Source: Balamuthia mandrillaris | Taxonomy: Eukaryota | Length of the DNA: 64,000 bases | Assembly: GCA_031835245.2 (NCBI GenBank) | Contig: JAVKOQ020000075.1 | Location: 124,001-188,000 of the forward strand | Reading direction: 5' to 3' | Shown: positions 22,116-33,164 of the stretch, piece after piece | Position numbering within the stretch: the first letter of the stretch is position 1 | Layout of the letters: the number at the start of each line of letters is the position of its first letter | Made by a program: the position numbers and the translations under genes | Notes under the pieces: generated by a model | What the model was told of the DNA's origin: nothing | Databases searched by the model: none | What the model saw: only the letters and a program-made list of their open reading frames with translations

Positions 22116-23842
22116 AAAATAACAAAAATAAAGAAGAGATTCAGAAGCGCGGGTAGAGTTCTCATGTCCACTTTGTGGCATTCGAGAATTTTCGACCATG
22201 ACCACCCCTAACGGGTCGTTCTCATCACACCAGAGAGCGAGAGAGAGAGGGAGAGAGGAGAGACCGAGAATGAACAGGAAACGTACCATGCTTTCTTGCT
22301 CTTTTTCTTCTTGCTCTCCTCTCGCTTGATGCTCTTTTTCAAAAGTTTTGCGTTGTCTAATACTCTCTCACCTTTCGCTTTCAGCATTGTTTTTTGCCAG
22401 GCTTCGTCCAAGCGTTGGGACTCATCTTTTGGTCCAGAGCTGGCTTCAAGCTGTTTTGGAAACAGAAAAGATGAAAAGGTTATTACTGTCCCGCTTATTT
22501 TTGCTACCAGATGTGAATACCTTCTTCAACAGAACTTTCTTACTTTGCCTCTTCTTTTGCTTTAATAAATAAGTAGGGGTGGGTGCTCCGGTGCTAAAGT
22601 CAAACGTGCCAAACTGAAGGTTCGGAGTCTGCTGTAATGAAAATAAAGATGTGTCAATAACTGCACAGAAGAGACAACAAAAAGCAAACCATAACAACCG
22701 ATATAACAAACAAACACAAAGAAAAGCAGCGAAAAACAGTCTACCTCAGCGTTGGGTCGTTTTGTTGCGGTTCCGCTCTGTTTTGGTTTGTTTTGTTGTT
22801 GCTTCTCTTCTTTTGTAGGTTTTTGTTGCTTTTTCTTCTGTTTTTTGGCAGGGGGCGGTTTGGCGCCTCTTGGTGTCTTCTTCTGTTTATCGTCAGCGTT
22901 TCTTTGCGCCCTTAGCGCTTTTATCTTGGCGTGCAGCCTTTCGTGAAGTCCGTCCAAAGAAGTAACTCTCCCCCCATTTGCCGCATGATTGCTCGACAAT
23001 CCATTCTCTCCCAAGTCTTTCCCTAAAAACCCACTATCAACGTCATCACCATCATCACTTTCTTGTTCTGCGTTTTCACCGTCGTTCTCATTCTCGCCCT
23101 CCTCCTCTACCTCGTCTTCCTCTTCGTCGTGTTCTCCCTCTTCCACCTTTCCGTTAGTAAGAGAGTCTCGTTTGCGTTTTTGGCCGGTGACACTCTTCTC
23201 TGACTCCGTTTCCTTCTCTTCATTTTGTTTTTCTTGCAATATTTGTGGCACCGTCTTATTGTTTTGTGGATTTAGCTGTTATAACAAAAGACAAACGTTG
23301 TTAAGTCAGTGCTGTTGAGTTCTTCGTTGGCATGAAAGAAAGGAGAAAGAAAAAAAAACAGCACAAACATCACGGACAACAAACCTTTGCTTTGCGTGCT
23401 TTCTTCGAAGCCTCCTTCAGCGCTTGTTTGGGACCAGGGCTGTCTTTTTGCCGCTTTGGTATGAACTTGTTCTAAACAGCACAAACATAGGAGAGTGAGA
23501 CAACAGTGTAGGAAAGCGATGCAGAAGAAAAAACGTACCTTTTGCTCTTGATCCTCCGGCGGAAAATACCATTTTGCAGGAATAGTTGCGAGCATGTTCG
23601 TAAAGACTATGAGCAAGAGAGAGAGAAAGAGAAAGAGAGGGAGAGAAAGAGAAAGAGAGGGAGAGAAAGAGAGAGAATGTAAGAAAAAAAAAACGACAGA
23701 GCCGAAACAAAGTCACAAGCCTATTTAATTTTACGGGACTATATTCTAAAATATCAATCGCACAATACGTACAATCCTCGCTGTGCGAAAGCCGCCGAGC
23801 CCGCGACTCATCCTCACAAAGAGTCATTCCGTTCTCGGTCAT
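21869..23842 (-). CDS. SURF6: Surfeit locus protein 6 / Rrp14 nucleolar protein
   Basis: FTNMLATIPAKWYF, LHERLHAKIKALRAQR, LQFGTFDF, AWQKTMLKAKGERVLDNAKLLKKSIKREESKKKKSKKAW, RPGFEG. Confidence 0.92.
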
Positions 23843-23903
23843 CTTCGTTTTGTTCCTCCTCCTCCGCCTTTCTTCTTTTCCTTTTGGTTCGGCAGGAAAA
23901 AAC

Positions 23904-25505
23904 ATGGAAGCAGATAGATTCCACCCCTCGTGTAGTACGTCGACAAAATCATGCCATTTACCCCTCAAGCAAAAATTTCTGCGAATTATTTCTGGGAAAT
24001 AAATTTGGAAATTTCGACAACAAAGCAAGTCGCGCCTGGAGAGGACGATGAACAAAGAGAGGAAGGAGAGATAGTGGATGCCCTCCTAGATGACGAAGGA
24101 GTCCTCTCACACATGGGAGAAGAAGAAAGGGGAGAGCATGAGGTTGAACACGACCCAGCGACGTACGATGTGGAACGGAACCACGACGAAGAATCTAGAG
24201 AGGAGGACCACACTTGGCGCTCTCCCCCTTCGGGTGGGCTGCAGCGCAAAAAGAAAAGAAAGAGGAACAAACGCAATAAACAACAGCGAGAAGAGGGAGC
24301 AACCGCCAGCCAGAAACGCACAAAATCGTACGACCAAGAAACCGGGTTACCCCTCGCTTTCGAGGTAGACCTGGATGCTCCCCTGCCCAACGACACTGCC
24401 GCACCTCCCGTCGACGGCATGGACTACCTCCGTCGAGTAAGGTTGGTCTTTCTCGCTTTCTTTCTTTCTTTAAAAAAAGTTTCATAGATTAACTTTCAAA
24501 TGTTTTGCAGGTGGGAAAGTTTACATAGCCCCAAGGTAGTGGTCTCGCGGGTCAACCCCCGCCACTTCGACGCCAACCAGACCTTCTACGTGACGTCTGC
24601 GCGGGCCTTTCCGGCGGTGCCGCCCGCCATGCGCCCCTCCCCGTCTTGGCAGGAGGAGTTCATGGCGGCTTTTACGGCGCTCAGGGAGGAGCTGAACGAG
24701 GAGTACGCACGGCGGAGAGCGTTGCTGTCCCGGCTGCCCTCTTTCCTGCCGAACATCAGGGACGAGGGCAAGTGGCGGCGATTCTGCCTGGGCAAGAAGA
24801 GCAAAGAGGGGATGGACGTAGCAGGCGAGGAACAGCGAACGGTGAGTGAGGACGAAGAAGCAGAAAAAGAAGGAGAAGTGGAGGAGAACGAAAACAGGGA
24901 GGTTGAAGGCAAAGGAAGAGAGAAAGAAGAGAAGGAAGAGGAGAACGGAAGGAAGGAATCGCCAGCAGTTACGGAAAGTAACGTTGAGGAAAACGAACTA
25001 ATTGTACCTGCAGCAGCGCAAAAAGACATCTCACCGATGGAACCTCACCTTTCTGTGTTGCTTCGACTGGATCAGGTATGCCTCCTTCATAGAGATCGAG
25101 TGTGTGTTCATACATGGGGTTGTGCTGATGATGTAACTACAGGCAGCCATCTATCAGCTAACGCTCTACCACGTGGCATGGGCGGAGGCCTCTGCGGAGC
25201 AACTCACAGAGGTGCAATTTCGGTGGCTCTTTGCGTTACTTGCTCGTCTGGATGCTCCCGTTGAGGCCGGCATGGCTTCTGCGCTTCACTCTCTATTGTT
25301 CTTATTGGCCAACCAGCGTTCTGCTTTGGTTTGTTACTCTCCATCTATCGTTCTCTCTTCTCCTCACTTAGTGGTAGGATAAGCAAACTGACTCTCACCA
25401 CAGCAGGATGAAAAAGATGAACGCTTGGCTCCTACCAACATTTTGATAACAATTCTAGACAAGTGCTTTGGCCAAAGGGAGCCACCACCTGGTGAAATGT
25501 GTTAA
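23904..25505 (+). CDS. GEMIN2: Gem-associated protein 2 (SMN complex); start tentative
   Basis: PPVDGMDYLRRVR|WESLHSPKVVV, PSPSWQEEF, DEGKWRRFCLG, WLFALLARLDAP, NILITILDKCFGQ. Confidence 0.88.
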
Positions 25506-25563
25506 ACAAGAGAAACGCAGAGGACGAAGAAAGAAGCTAAAGCCGCAATGAGTTTCCTCCATT

Positions 25564-27744
25564 TTATTCTCCTTTAGCAGGACCCTTGCGTGTTGATAAT
25601 AGGTGCTCCAACTCCTCCGCACTCAAAATGCGTTGCGTGTCCTTCGGCTTAACTCTTCCTTTGCCTATTATGCCACAGAATTAAAAGTATTGCCAGGAGA
25701 GTGAGTGTGAGAGAGAAGAGAGAGGGAGCGAAGAGAGAGAAGAAGCCACAAAGTGATACATACCAAGATGTTTAAACTTCATAGCAAAGTCTTCAGCTTG
25801 GAGGAGGGTGAGAGAAGGATCAGGTTGCTGATTAACCTCCTCCGCCATCTTGGTGTCCATGTAGACCTCACCCTCTTGAGCGCGCTTCAACTGAACCTCT
25901 ACCTCCGCTGGAGTCATTTTACTGACAGGATCTTCCTTCATCAACTCCTCATAGTCCTGGTCTTCCTCCAATCTTTGATTCTCTAACCACTGTTCAGCCA
26001 GCTGCTCCTCTTCCTTCATCAACTCCTCCGGGCTCTTATCCTTAGCACTTTTTACCACGCTGTCCACCTCCTCATCGCTTAAGTTCTCAAACTCCTTCAT
26101 GATAATGTCCACCAACTCCGGTCTTAGCTTGCCTGTAGCTGCTAAATCACGTAACCCCTGATCTAAGATCTCTGCCTCATTCTCACTGTCAGGAAGAGAG
26201 GAAGGGGGAGGAGGAGGCGCAGCGCTAGGATCCAGCGATTTTGCTTGTTGCATGGCAGCGATAGCGTGGAGGAAACTGCGCAGTTCCGCCTTGCCAAATT
26301 TTTTATCTCGGAAGAAGCCTGGAGGGTCGAACAGCTTGGCCTTCTGCTGTTCCCAATCCTTTAGAAGTTCTTCTTCCAATTGGGGTTGTTTCTTGGCCAG
26401 CTCCTCAGCCTTGTGCTGAAATTGTTCCACAAGAGTGGATTCTTCGGCATACTTCGCCCTGAGTTCTTTCAATTCCTGCATGAAGAAAAGCGAAACACAC
26501 AAAGAAAATAGAGTGAGTAGTTTGCATCGAAAGAAAGATGGAAAGACAGATATTCTCGTACATCGTCCCGCTTCAGGTCCTTCAGTATGCGCAGAAGGTT
26601 GCGAAGGATGGAGAGAGTATAATCGTTTTTCCTTCCGAGGCACTCTTCCATGATACCAAGGGCCTTATACACAACAGGACAAGCCTCTTCCAGCTTTTCC
26701 TGACCACAAAGATATCCACCAAGGTTAGAAAGGGCAGCACCTGAGAGAACAAGAAGAGAGAACGTTAATAAGAACCAAAACAAAAGATATTTGAGAAGGG
26801 AGAGGGGGGAACAAGGAAAAGCTACCAAGTATTTCGCTGCGCTCGCCGTGATGTTTCTCAAAGATGGGAACGGCCTCCTTGCACATCTCCTCCGCCAAGG
26901 GCACCTTGCCCAATTGCGCTAGCACGTCCGCATAATTGATGAGGGGAGGGCCAAGGTCAGGGTGGTCAGCACCAAGTACTCCTTTCATAATTCTCAGAGC
27001 AGCGTCGTAGGCCTTCCGCGACAAGTCCAGCTTGGCCACGTCATGTTGGGCGTTGGGAGGGTTGTTGAGGGAGTCCTGACTAGGTGGTTGCTCCTCCGAA
27101 GCGTCGGTTTGAAGGGCTTGGTTCTGCCAGATGAAGGCCAGCTTGCTGAGCGTAAGGCCCAAGAGCTCGTCCTGCTCCTCTCCGGGCAGGAGTTCCTCCA
27201 CGTCCTCAAAGAGGTCCTCCTTGGCGATGATGCGTCCCTCCTCGTCCTCTTCGTAGACGGTCTCTTTCTTGGGGAAGCGAGGGTGGTCCTTGTAGCGCAG
27301 CTTGTAGCGGTCCGGGTACTTCTCGTCGTTGAGGCGGAGGAGCAGCTCCGCTTTGTCCGCTGCCAGCTGCCACTCGCCCCTCTCCACGTAGCCGTCCAAG
27401 GAGCGGCTTACTTCTTGTATGCGACGCTCCCGCAAAACGGCTTTGGTTTGCTCCTCATCTTCCTCTATGCTGCTATCGGTGTTTGCTTGTTGCTGCTTTT
27501 GGTGGAGTTGCTGTAGGTGCGCAGAGACAGAAAAGTGGCGGAGGGACCGCGTTGTGGGAGCAAAACGTGAAGAGAGAGAAGAGACGGGGCACAGGGGAGA
27601 GGTAGCGCGGAGAGAGAGTGATCGGTAGAGAAACGGGCTGCGAACACGTGTGAGAGGCATCCGGTCACTGCCTGCTGTCCTTCCGAGGCAACCACACTCC
27701 ACAGGCCGACGGAGAGGGAGTATTCCGGTGGAACGTTTCAGCAT
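25564..27744 (-). CDS. TPR-repeat protein (kinesin-light-chain-type repeats) with mitochondrial-like presequence
   Basis: Arg/Ser/Leu-rich N-terminus (RSLRHFSVSA); ALRIMKGVLGADHPDLG..LINYA, ALSNLGGYL..KALGIMEECLG repeats; acidic C-terminus. Confidence 0.8.
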
Positions 27745-28108
27745 TATTTTTCTTTTGTGTTTCCTGTTGTTCTTTCCCCCTCACACTTCTTGCTCTTCTC
27801 GTCTTTCTTCTTTTCTCTTTCTCCGCCCGGTAGTTTGCCTGAGGGGGCGCAGAAACCAAATTTTAGTGTCGACTTCCAGTACGAAATACCCCTCAAGCTG
27901 AAAATTCGGAGTTTTAGCAGTTTTTGCGCTTTCCCATTGGTCTACGTGTTAAAAATACTTTCACCACTTGTACTCAGAAACAAAAAAAGAAACCCTAAAG
28001 TGGAAGAAGGGGGAAAAGGGGTGTTTGGGCGCCGATAGAAAGGGAAGAAGAGGAAGATTTTATTGATCAACCAGGCTGGAAACTTGCCTTTGCTCTAGAG
28101 CGTTCCCC

Positions 28109-29697
28109 ATGCAAAAGACTTGCTTTGTGGTCGTTGCCCTCGTGCTACTATGCATCTGCTTTGCTGCAGCAAGCTCTAAGAACAAGGTAGGCGTCAGTTC
28201 CCTTCCCCTGCCTCTGTCGAATACCTTTTTCTCTAATGGTATTTAGAGTTTGCGCTAACTTTGCCCGCGCACACATCTACTCAACAGAATAACGACAAAA
28301 TCTTGTCTCGCCCGGCATACAGGAAAACAGCTGAGGAGCTCCAACACACCCATGATCTGCGAGATGCCAGAATGGAGTTGTTGGAGAAGATTGGTGCTAT
28401 TGGCCCTAATGCCCAGAAGGGTCCATTCTATTACGGTAGCAAGCACCGGAAAGAAAGCGAGCAGACTGTTCATCATGTAGAAAAGGAGGTTCACACCGCT
28501 AAGCAGCACTACTCAAGAGAAAACCGAATCACGGTATGTTTGAATCAACAACCTCTGCCACTATATCTTTCTTATTGCTTGCATTCCTCTGTTACCATTT
28601 CGCTCCTTCTCTAGTTCTCTCACTCTCTCAAAAGTTATTCTTCATCTCTCACAACCTTTCTTTCCTCTTGTTTCCCTCCGCGTCGTTTTTCTCTTTTCTT
28701 TGTTCTTCCATTCATGTTTTATTCGGATTCGTTCTTTTGCCCCGATATCCTTCAGGTGTTTTCTCGCCAAAGTGCACTTCTAGACCTCAACTCACTGCCG
28801 ACGGTTGTGGACTTGGACATGCTTCCTAGCCGTGACCCGAGCCTTGATGAGCAGAGGGTGGCTCGCTCCATTGCTCATTGGATCACCCAGTGGAGGTTTG
28901 GCCACGATGCCCAAGTTTTCATTGATGGATCAGTGGGTTTGCGAGCCATGGCCTTGAACGTTTCCCAGGATGCCGCCAATGAGTACGACGGTTTCGACGC
29001 AAACCCTCTCCTCACCGACGGTTACTGGGCTAGTAAAGCCATTTGTGACTTGGACTTCAGCCAGAAGGACCCAGAGATGCATGGCACTATCTTTGAGTTT
29101 CCTAACTGGTAGGTTATTTCTTTTTTGTTAAGAGTTTTAGAGTAATGTTGATATTCGGGTTGGTACACTGACGAACACCTATTGGATTACCTCAGGTGTG
29201 TCCAGGATATCATTGCTGCAGGTCTCTTTGGCGCTGGCCCAACTGAAATGATTGGCACACTCAAGCGCTTTTACGAGGATACCATTATCCAGAACAGGTT
29301 CCAGCAGGTAGCCGTTGGTTGCGCATCTCCTGACTCTAGCATCTTCACTGCAACATACGACTACTATTGCTTTGTCTTCTTTGTGCATCTTACCGACCAA
29401 ATCAGCGAGGGTAACTGCGCCTGCTCTTCCCTTGTGTGCTGCCCTGATGAGCTGGACATCACGTACGAGACTCTCGTTCCCGTTGGTGAGGATGACTTTA
29501 ACAACCTTGGTCCATTCCCCACGGAGGTGGAGGAGCCCTACGCAGATTACTCCTTGGACGAAGAGCTCTTTACCTTCTTCCCTGAGGACGGTGATGATGG
29601 GTTTGACGGTGGTGATGGTTTTGATGGTGGTGACGGTGATGATGAGAGTGATCCTACTGAGGGTGTTATCGAAGAGGGAACGGAGGACTTCCCGTAA
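28109..29697 (+). CDS. Secreted protein with an acidic tail; possibly a divergent CAP/SCP-like domain
   Basis: Signal peptide MQRLALWSLPLVLLCICFAAA; DIIAAG..FQQVAVGCA..YYCFVFF pattern; DGFDGG repeats. Confidence 0.6.
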
Positions 29698-29877
29698 CGG
29701 GTAGACAAACAAAGAGAATGAATAAACAAAAGTGTTCAAACAAACTCGTTTCTTTTGGTTTCTCTCTGGGCGCGTCATGGTACACCTTGGCAAGGGATGG
29801 CGATAATTGGTGAGTCATGGTTGCTGTCTTACTTTAATGAAAGAAGAGCACATAGAAAAGCGAAAAAAACAACCTTG

Positions 29878-31647
29878 TTATTTTAGCGTAAGTTGCAGCA
29901 GAATGGGTTGTGTGTTGCTCACTTTTCTAGCAGAGCCGCCCAGATATCCTCCTACTATGTGCAAGATATCGTTTATCACCACTTGGCAATGTCCATATAT
30001 CTCAACTTTATGAGGTATTTCTGTCCACTCCATGGTTCGAAGGTCCAGTGCGAGGCAGTCACCAATCGACTCTAAGGGGAAATAGGAATTGTGAATTCCA
30101 ACGGTCTTTGTAGCGTTGGTGCAACCACCGGTAACCACCATGTACCCATGTGACTCAGAAGCTGCATGCCGTGCTCGAGCCTGAGGAACAACACCTTTAG
30201 TCTCCACTTGTTGCCAACCTGCCTCTTCGTCCTTGGTATCAAACACATGCACGTCATTCAGCACTTTGGTGTCCTCACTCTCCGGCTTCTCAGGCACGGT
30301 TGCGCCTCCAAACACGAAGATCTTGTCCTGCCAAGCTATGGCACTGTGATAGGCACGAATAGAAGGAGGATTCTTGGCTTCCACTTTTCGCCAAGTCAGC
30401 GTGTGTGTATCAAACACTGCCAAGTCGTTGAAGTAATGCTGGTCGCGCTGCCTACCGCCAAATACCCACAAATACCTTCCTCCTGTTCCCACTAATGAGT
30501 GGCCCTCCCTACGTCCTGGCGTCCAAACGGATGGAGCTTGTTCCCTGCTTCCTTTGTTCCAGGTAAAGTTGGGACTAGCAGGCATGCTCTCTTTGGCAAT
30601 GCTTGCATCCCACTGCGCTTCTTCCACATTCCAACAACAGACTTGCCCTTCAGTGTCAAATCCTCCAAAGACGAAGAAACGGTCTCGTGTTCCACTCTCG
30701 TCCAGCAAACACAACCCTCCTACCCCAAAAGATCTAGGAACGCGATGGCATTTCCACTGCGGAGGGGAATGGTGTTGATGAATAGATGTCCGAAACTCCG
30801 GCCAAACTCTGGTCTCCAGCGTAACTCTTCCTAATCCTTTGGGCATGGCTTCGATGATCCTTCCGCCATCGTTTTCTGTCAACATGGCGATTACTTGGTC
30901 GGAGGCTTTGTGACCCTTTCCTGGCAGGCATCCAAGCAGAAGCGGGGAGGCCACCGTCCATAAGCGAGGATAGATGCTGGTTTTAACTGTTCTCATGATA
31001 CAATTTTTAAGCCTGAGAGGTTCTCCCGTTCTGCTACAGAAAGCTTCCTTCTGGTGTTCTGGGCCGATGGCATCATCTGGTGCGGTGTCAAACAAAAGGA
31101 GTTGGCCTCCAGCTGGGGTGACATAGTTTTCAATCGTACTCAGCCGGAGCGTTTGCAACAACGCCAGGAGAATCGCGGAGTACGTGGTTGTTTCAGTCCA
31201 CTGATGCGCGTCTGAAACATGCACGATCACTTCGACTCTGCGAGTGAACCCCAAGGACATAACATTCATGGTAGGCATGCTCCCCCCACCCAGAACAAGG
31301 AGCTTCTGTTCGCTGTGGTCATTGCTCTTTTGGTTGGAAACTGCTGCCAGGAGATTCGGTGCTGGATGACGATCACCAACTCTGTGGCTGGTTTGCTTGA
31401 AGCACCGTTCAAGGCAGAAGCGCCGCCAATAGATGTGGAGCTTAGGGTCTTGTTGGATCAGCTGACGAAAGCGATGGCAAACACCTGCTACACAAGCTGC
31501 TGCAGTTCTCTTTTGCTGCTCTGCTTCTTCTTGACTGAGAAGGTGCCAAAAAACGATGGCCGCGAGTTCCGGGTCGAGTTCTCGAAACAAACAAAAGCCT
31601 TCGGCAGAGGTTGCGCTAATAGGCGCTAAAAAATGTGAATGGTCCAT
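29878..31647 (-). CDS. F-box and Kelch-repeat protein, intronless
   Basis: FRELDPELAAIVFWHL..AGVCHRFRQL; Kelch blades FVFGG, RREGHS..WVFGG..YFNDL, RAYHSA..FVFGG, ARARHAA..VTGG. Confidence 0.87.
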   Translation of the reverse strand: MDHSHFLAPISATSAEGFCLFRELDPELAAIVFWHLLSQEEAEQQKRTAAACVAGVCHRFRQLIQQDPKLHIYWRRFCLERCFKQTSHRVGDRHPAPNLLAAVSNQKSNDHSEQKLLVLGGGSMPTMNVMSLGFTRRVEVIVHVSDAHQWTETTTYSAILLALLQTLRLSTIENYVTPAGGQLLLFDTAPDDAIGPEHQKEAFCSRTGEPLRLKNCIMRTVKTSIYPRLWTVASPLLLGCLPGKGHKASDQVIAMLTENDGGRIIEAMPKGLGRVTLETRVWPEFRTSIHQHHSPPQWKCHRVPRSFGVGGLCLLDESGTRDRFFVFGGFDTEGQVCCWNVEEAQWDASIAKESMPASPNFTWNKGSREQAPSVWTPGRREGHSLVGTGGRYLWVFGGRQRDQHYFNDLAVFDTHTLTWRKVEAKNPPSIRAYHSAIAWQDKIFVFGGATVPEKPESEDTKVLNDVHVFDTKDEEAGWQQVETKGVVPQARARHAASESHGYMVVTGGCTNATKTVGIHNSYFPLESIGDCLALDLRTMEWTEIPHKVEIYGHCQVVINDILHIVGGYLGGSARKVSNTQPILLQLTLK

Positions 31648-31861
31648 ACTTCCTCTTTCTTTTTTTTTTTTTGTTTGTAAGTCGGACACAAGACTATTCA
31701 GACGAGGAAGACTATTCTGGCACGACGTGAGCCGACCATTACCACCTGAGCCGGTAATTTTTTTCGAAAAAGAATAATAATTTGCAAATATATCGATATC
31801 TCCTACGATTTTATTGCAGGGAATGCGAAAATTTCTGTAAGTTTTGGAAGAGAGAAGCAAG

Positions 31862-32860
31862 ATGGCAGAGACCAAACTGGACCCCTATGCCCAATTGCCC
31901 GTTGAGCTCACCGAACACATCTTCTCCTTCTTGGACTACCGCAGTTTGGCAGCAGCCCTGCTGGTCTCTTGCCAATGGAGCAGCGTGGCACGCAATCCCT
32001 CCCTCTGGACAAACCACTTCCTCTCCGCCACCTGGAACCCGGAGGACGTGAGCTGTTCCTCCATCACCCTCTCCCAAGACTGTCTTACCATCCACAAATC
32101 CAAAACCAACTGCGGCTCCACCGCCCCTAAGGGCTACCTGGTCACCGCTACGCTGCCCGTGCCGCACAACATGCGCTCCTACTGGGAGGTCACTCTGCAC
32201 TGCACGGCGGGGTTGGGCTGTCGCACGGCCATTGGCCTCATTAGTGAGGCCCCGCTGGTGAATGGCCCTGTGCTGCCGGACCCAACCATGGCCTATGCCT
32301 CCATGCAGTTTTATCTCACCTCCAGGGTCTATCCCTTGCTTAATAATGAGAAAGGCAACGATGACATTCTCTCTCTTTCTCACTCTCTTTCTCTCTCTCT
32401 TTCTCTCTTTCTCTCTTTCTCATTCGTTTGTAATGCTCTGTTCTGTGTTCGTTGTTCTTTCTCTTCAGGGCTGTGCGTTATTTGTTGTTTTTATCCTTGT
32501 TCTCTATTCTCATATGGTTTTTTAAATGCAGGATGGGGCCAACACCTAGTAACAGGGGACATCCTTCACTTGGAGAAACCGGTGAGCACACGGGGCACGT
32601 CCTATGCCAACGGCGACCGCGTCGGTGTAATGTACGATAATACCACAGGAGAGGGCATTCTCTCCTTCTACAGAAACGGCGAGCTGAACGCCAGCTGCAA
32701 GGGCGTCTTTGGCCAAAAGCTGTTCCCCTGCGTGCAAATGTGCCACAGCCCTCTCACATTGGAGGCCAACTTCAAGGCCGCCCCACCAAAGGCCTCAACG
32801 GCCACCACTACCCCCACGGCCACCTCTTCCACCACGGCCACCACAGAAGAAGCCAAGTAA
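31862..32860 (+). CDS. F-box and SPRY-domain protein
   Basis: LPVELTEHIFSFLDYRSLAAALLVSCQWSSVA; YWEV, YANGDRVGVMYD..LSFYRNG..LFPCV; one intron. Confidence 0.88.
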   Translation: MAETKLDPYAQLPVELTEHIFSFLDYRSLAAALLVSCQWSSVARNPSLWTNHFLSATWNPEDVSCSSITLSQDCLTIHKSKTNCGSTAPKGYLVTATLPVPHNMRSYWEVTLHCTAGLGCRTAIGLISEAPLVNGPVLPDPTMAYASMQFYLTSRVYPLLNNEKGNDDILSLSHSLSLSLSLFLSFSFVCNALFCVRCSFSSGLCVICCFYPCSLFSYGFLNAGWGQHLVTGDILHLEKPVSTRGTSYANGDRVGVMYDNTTGEGILSFYRNGELNASCKGVFGQKLFPCVQMCHSPLTLEANFKAAPPKASTATTTPTATSSTTATTEEAK

Positions 32861-33164
32861 CGACGAACAAGTGTTTTTTTTTTCGTTAATAATAATCGAT
32901 AGGCAACGATAACTTTTTATTCGATCGATCAAGATGTCTATCTATCTATCACTCACCAATGGAAAATCATAAAAAATAACCCCAAAAAAAAAAAAGAAAG
33001 GAAAAAGAAAAGAAAGAAAATAAACGGAAGAAGGCAAAATAAGGAGCCAGAGGGGGAGTGAGAGAGCGCGCAAATAAAAAAAAAAACCGCCGTGCGGAGA
33101 GAAGAAGGAACCGTGCACGGTGAGGGAGGCTCTTGTTTGTTTTACCCGCAACTTAAAAAAAAAG

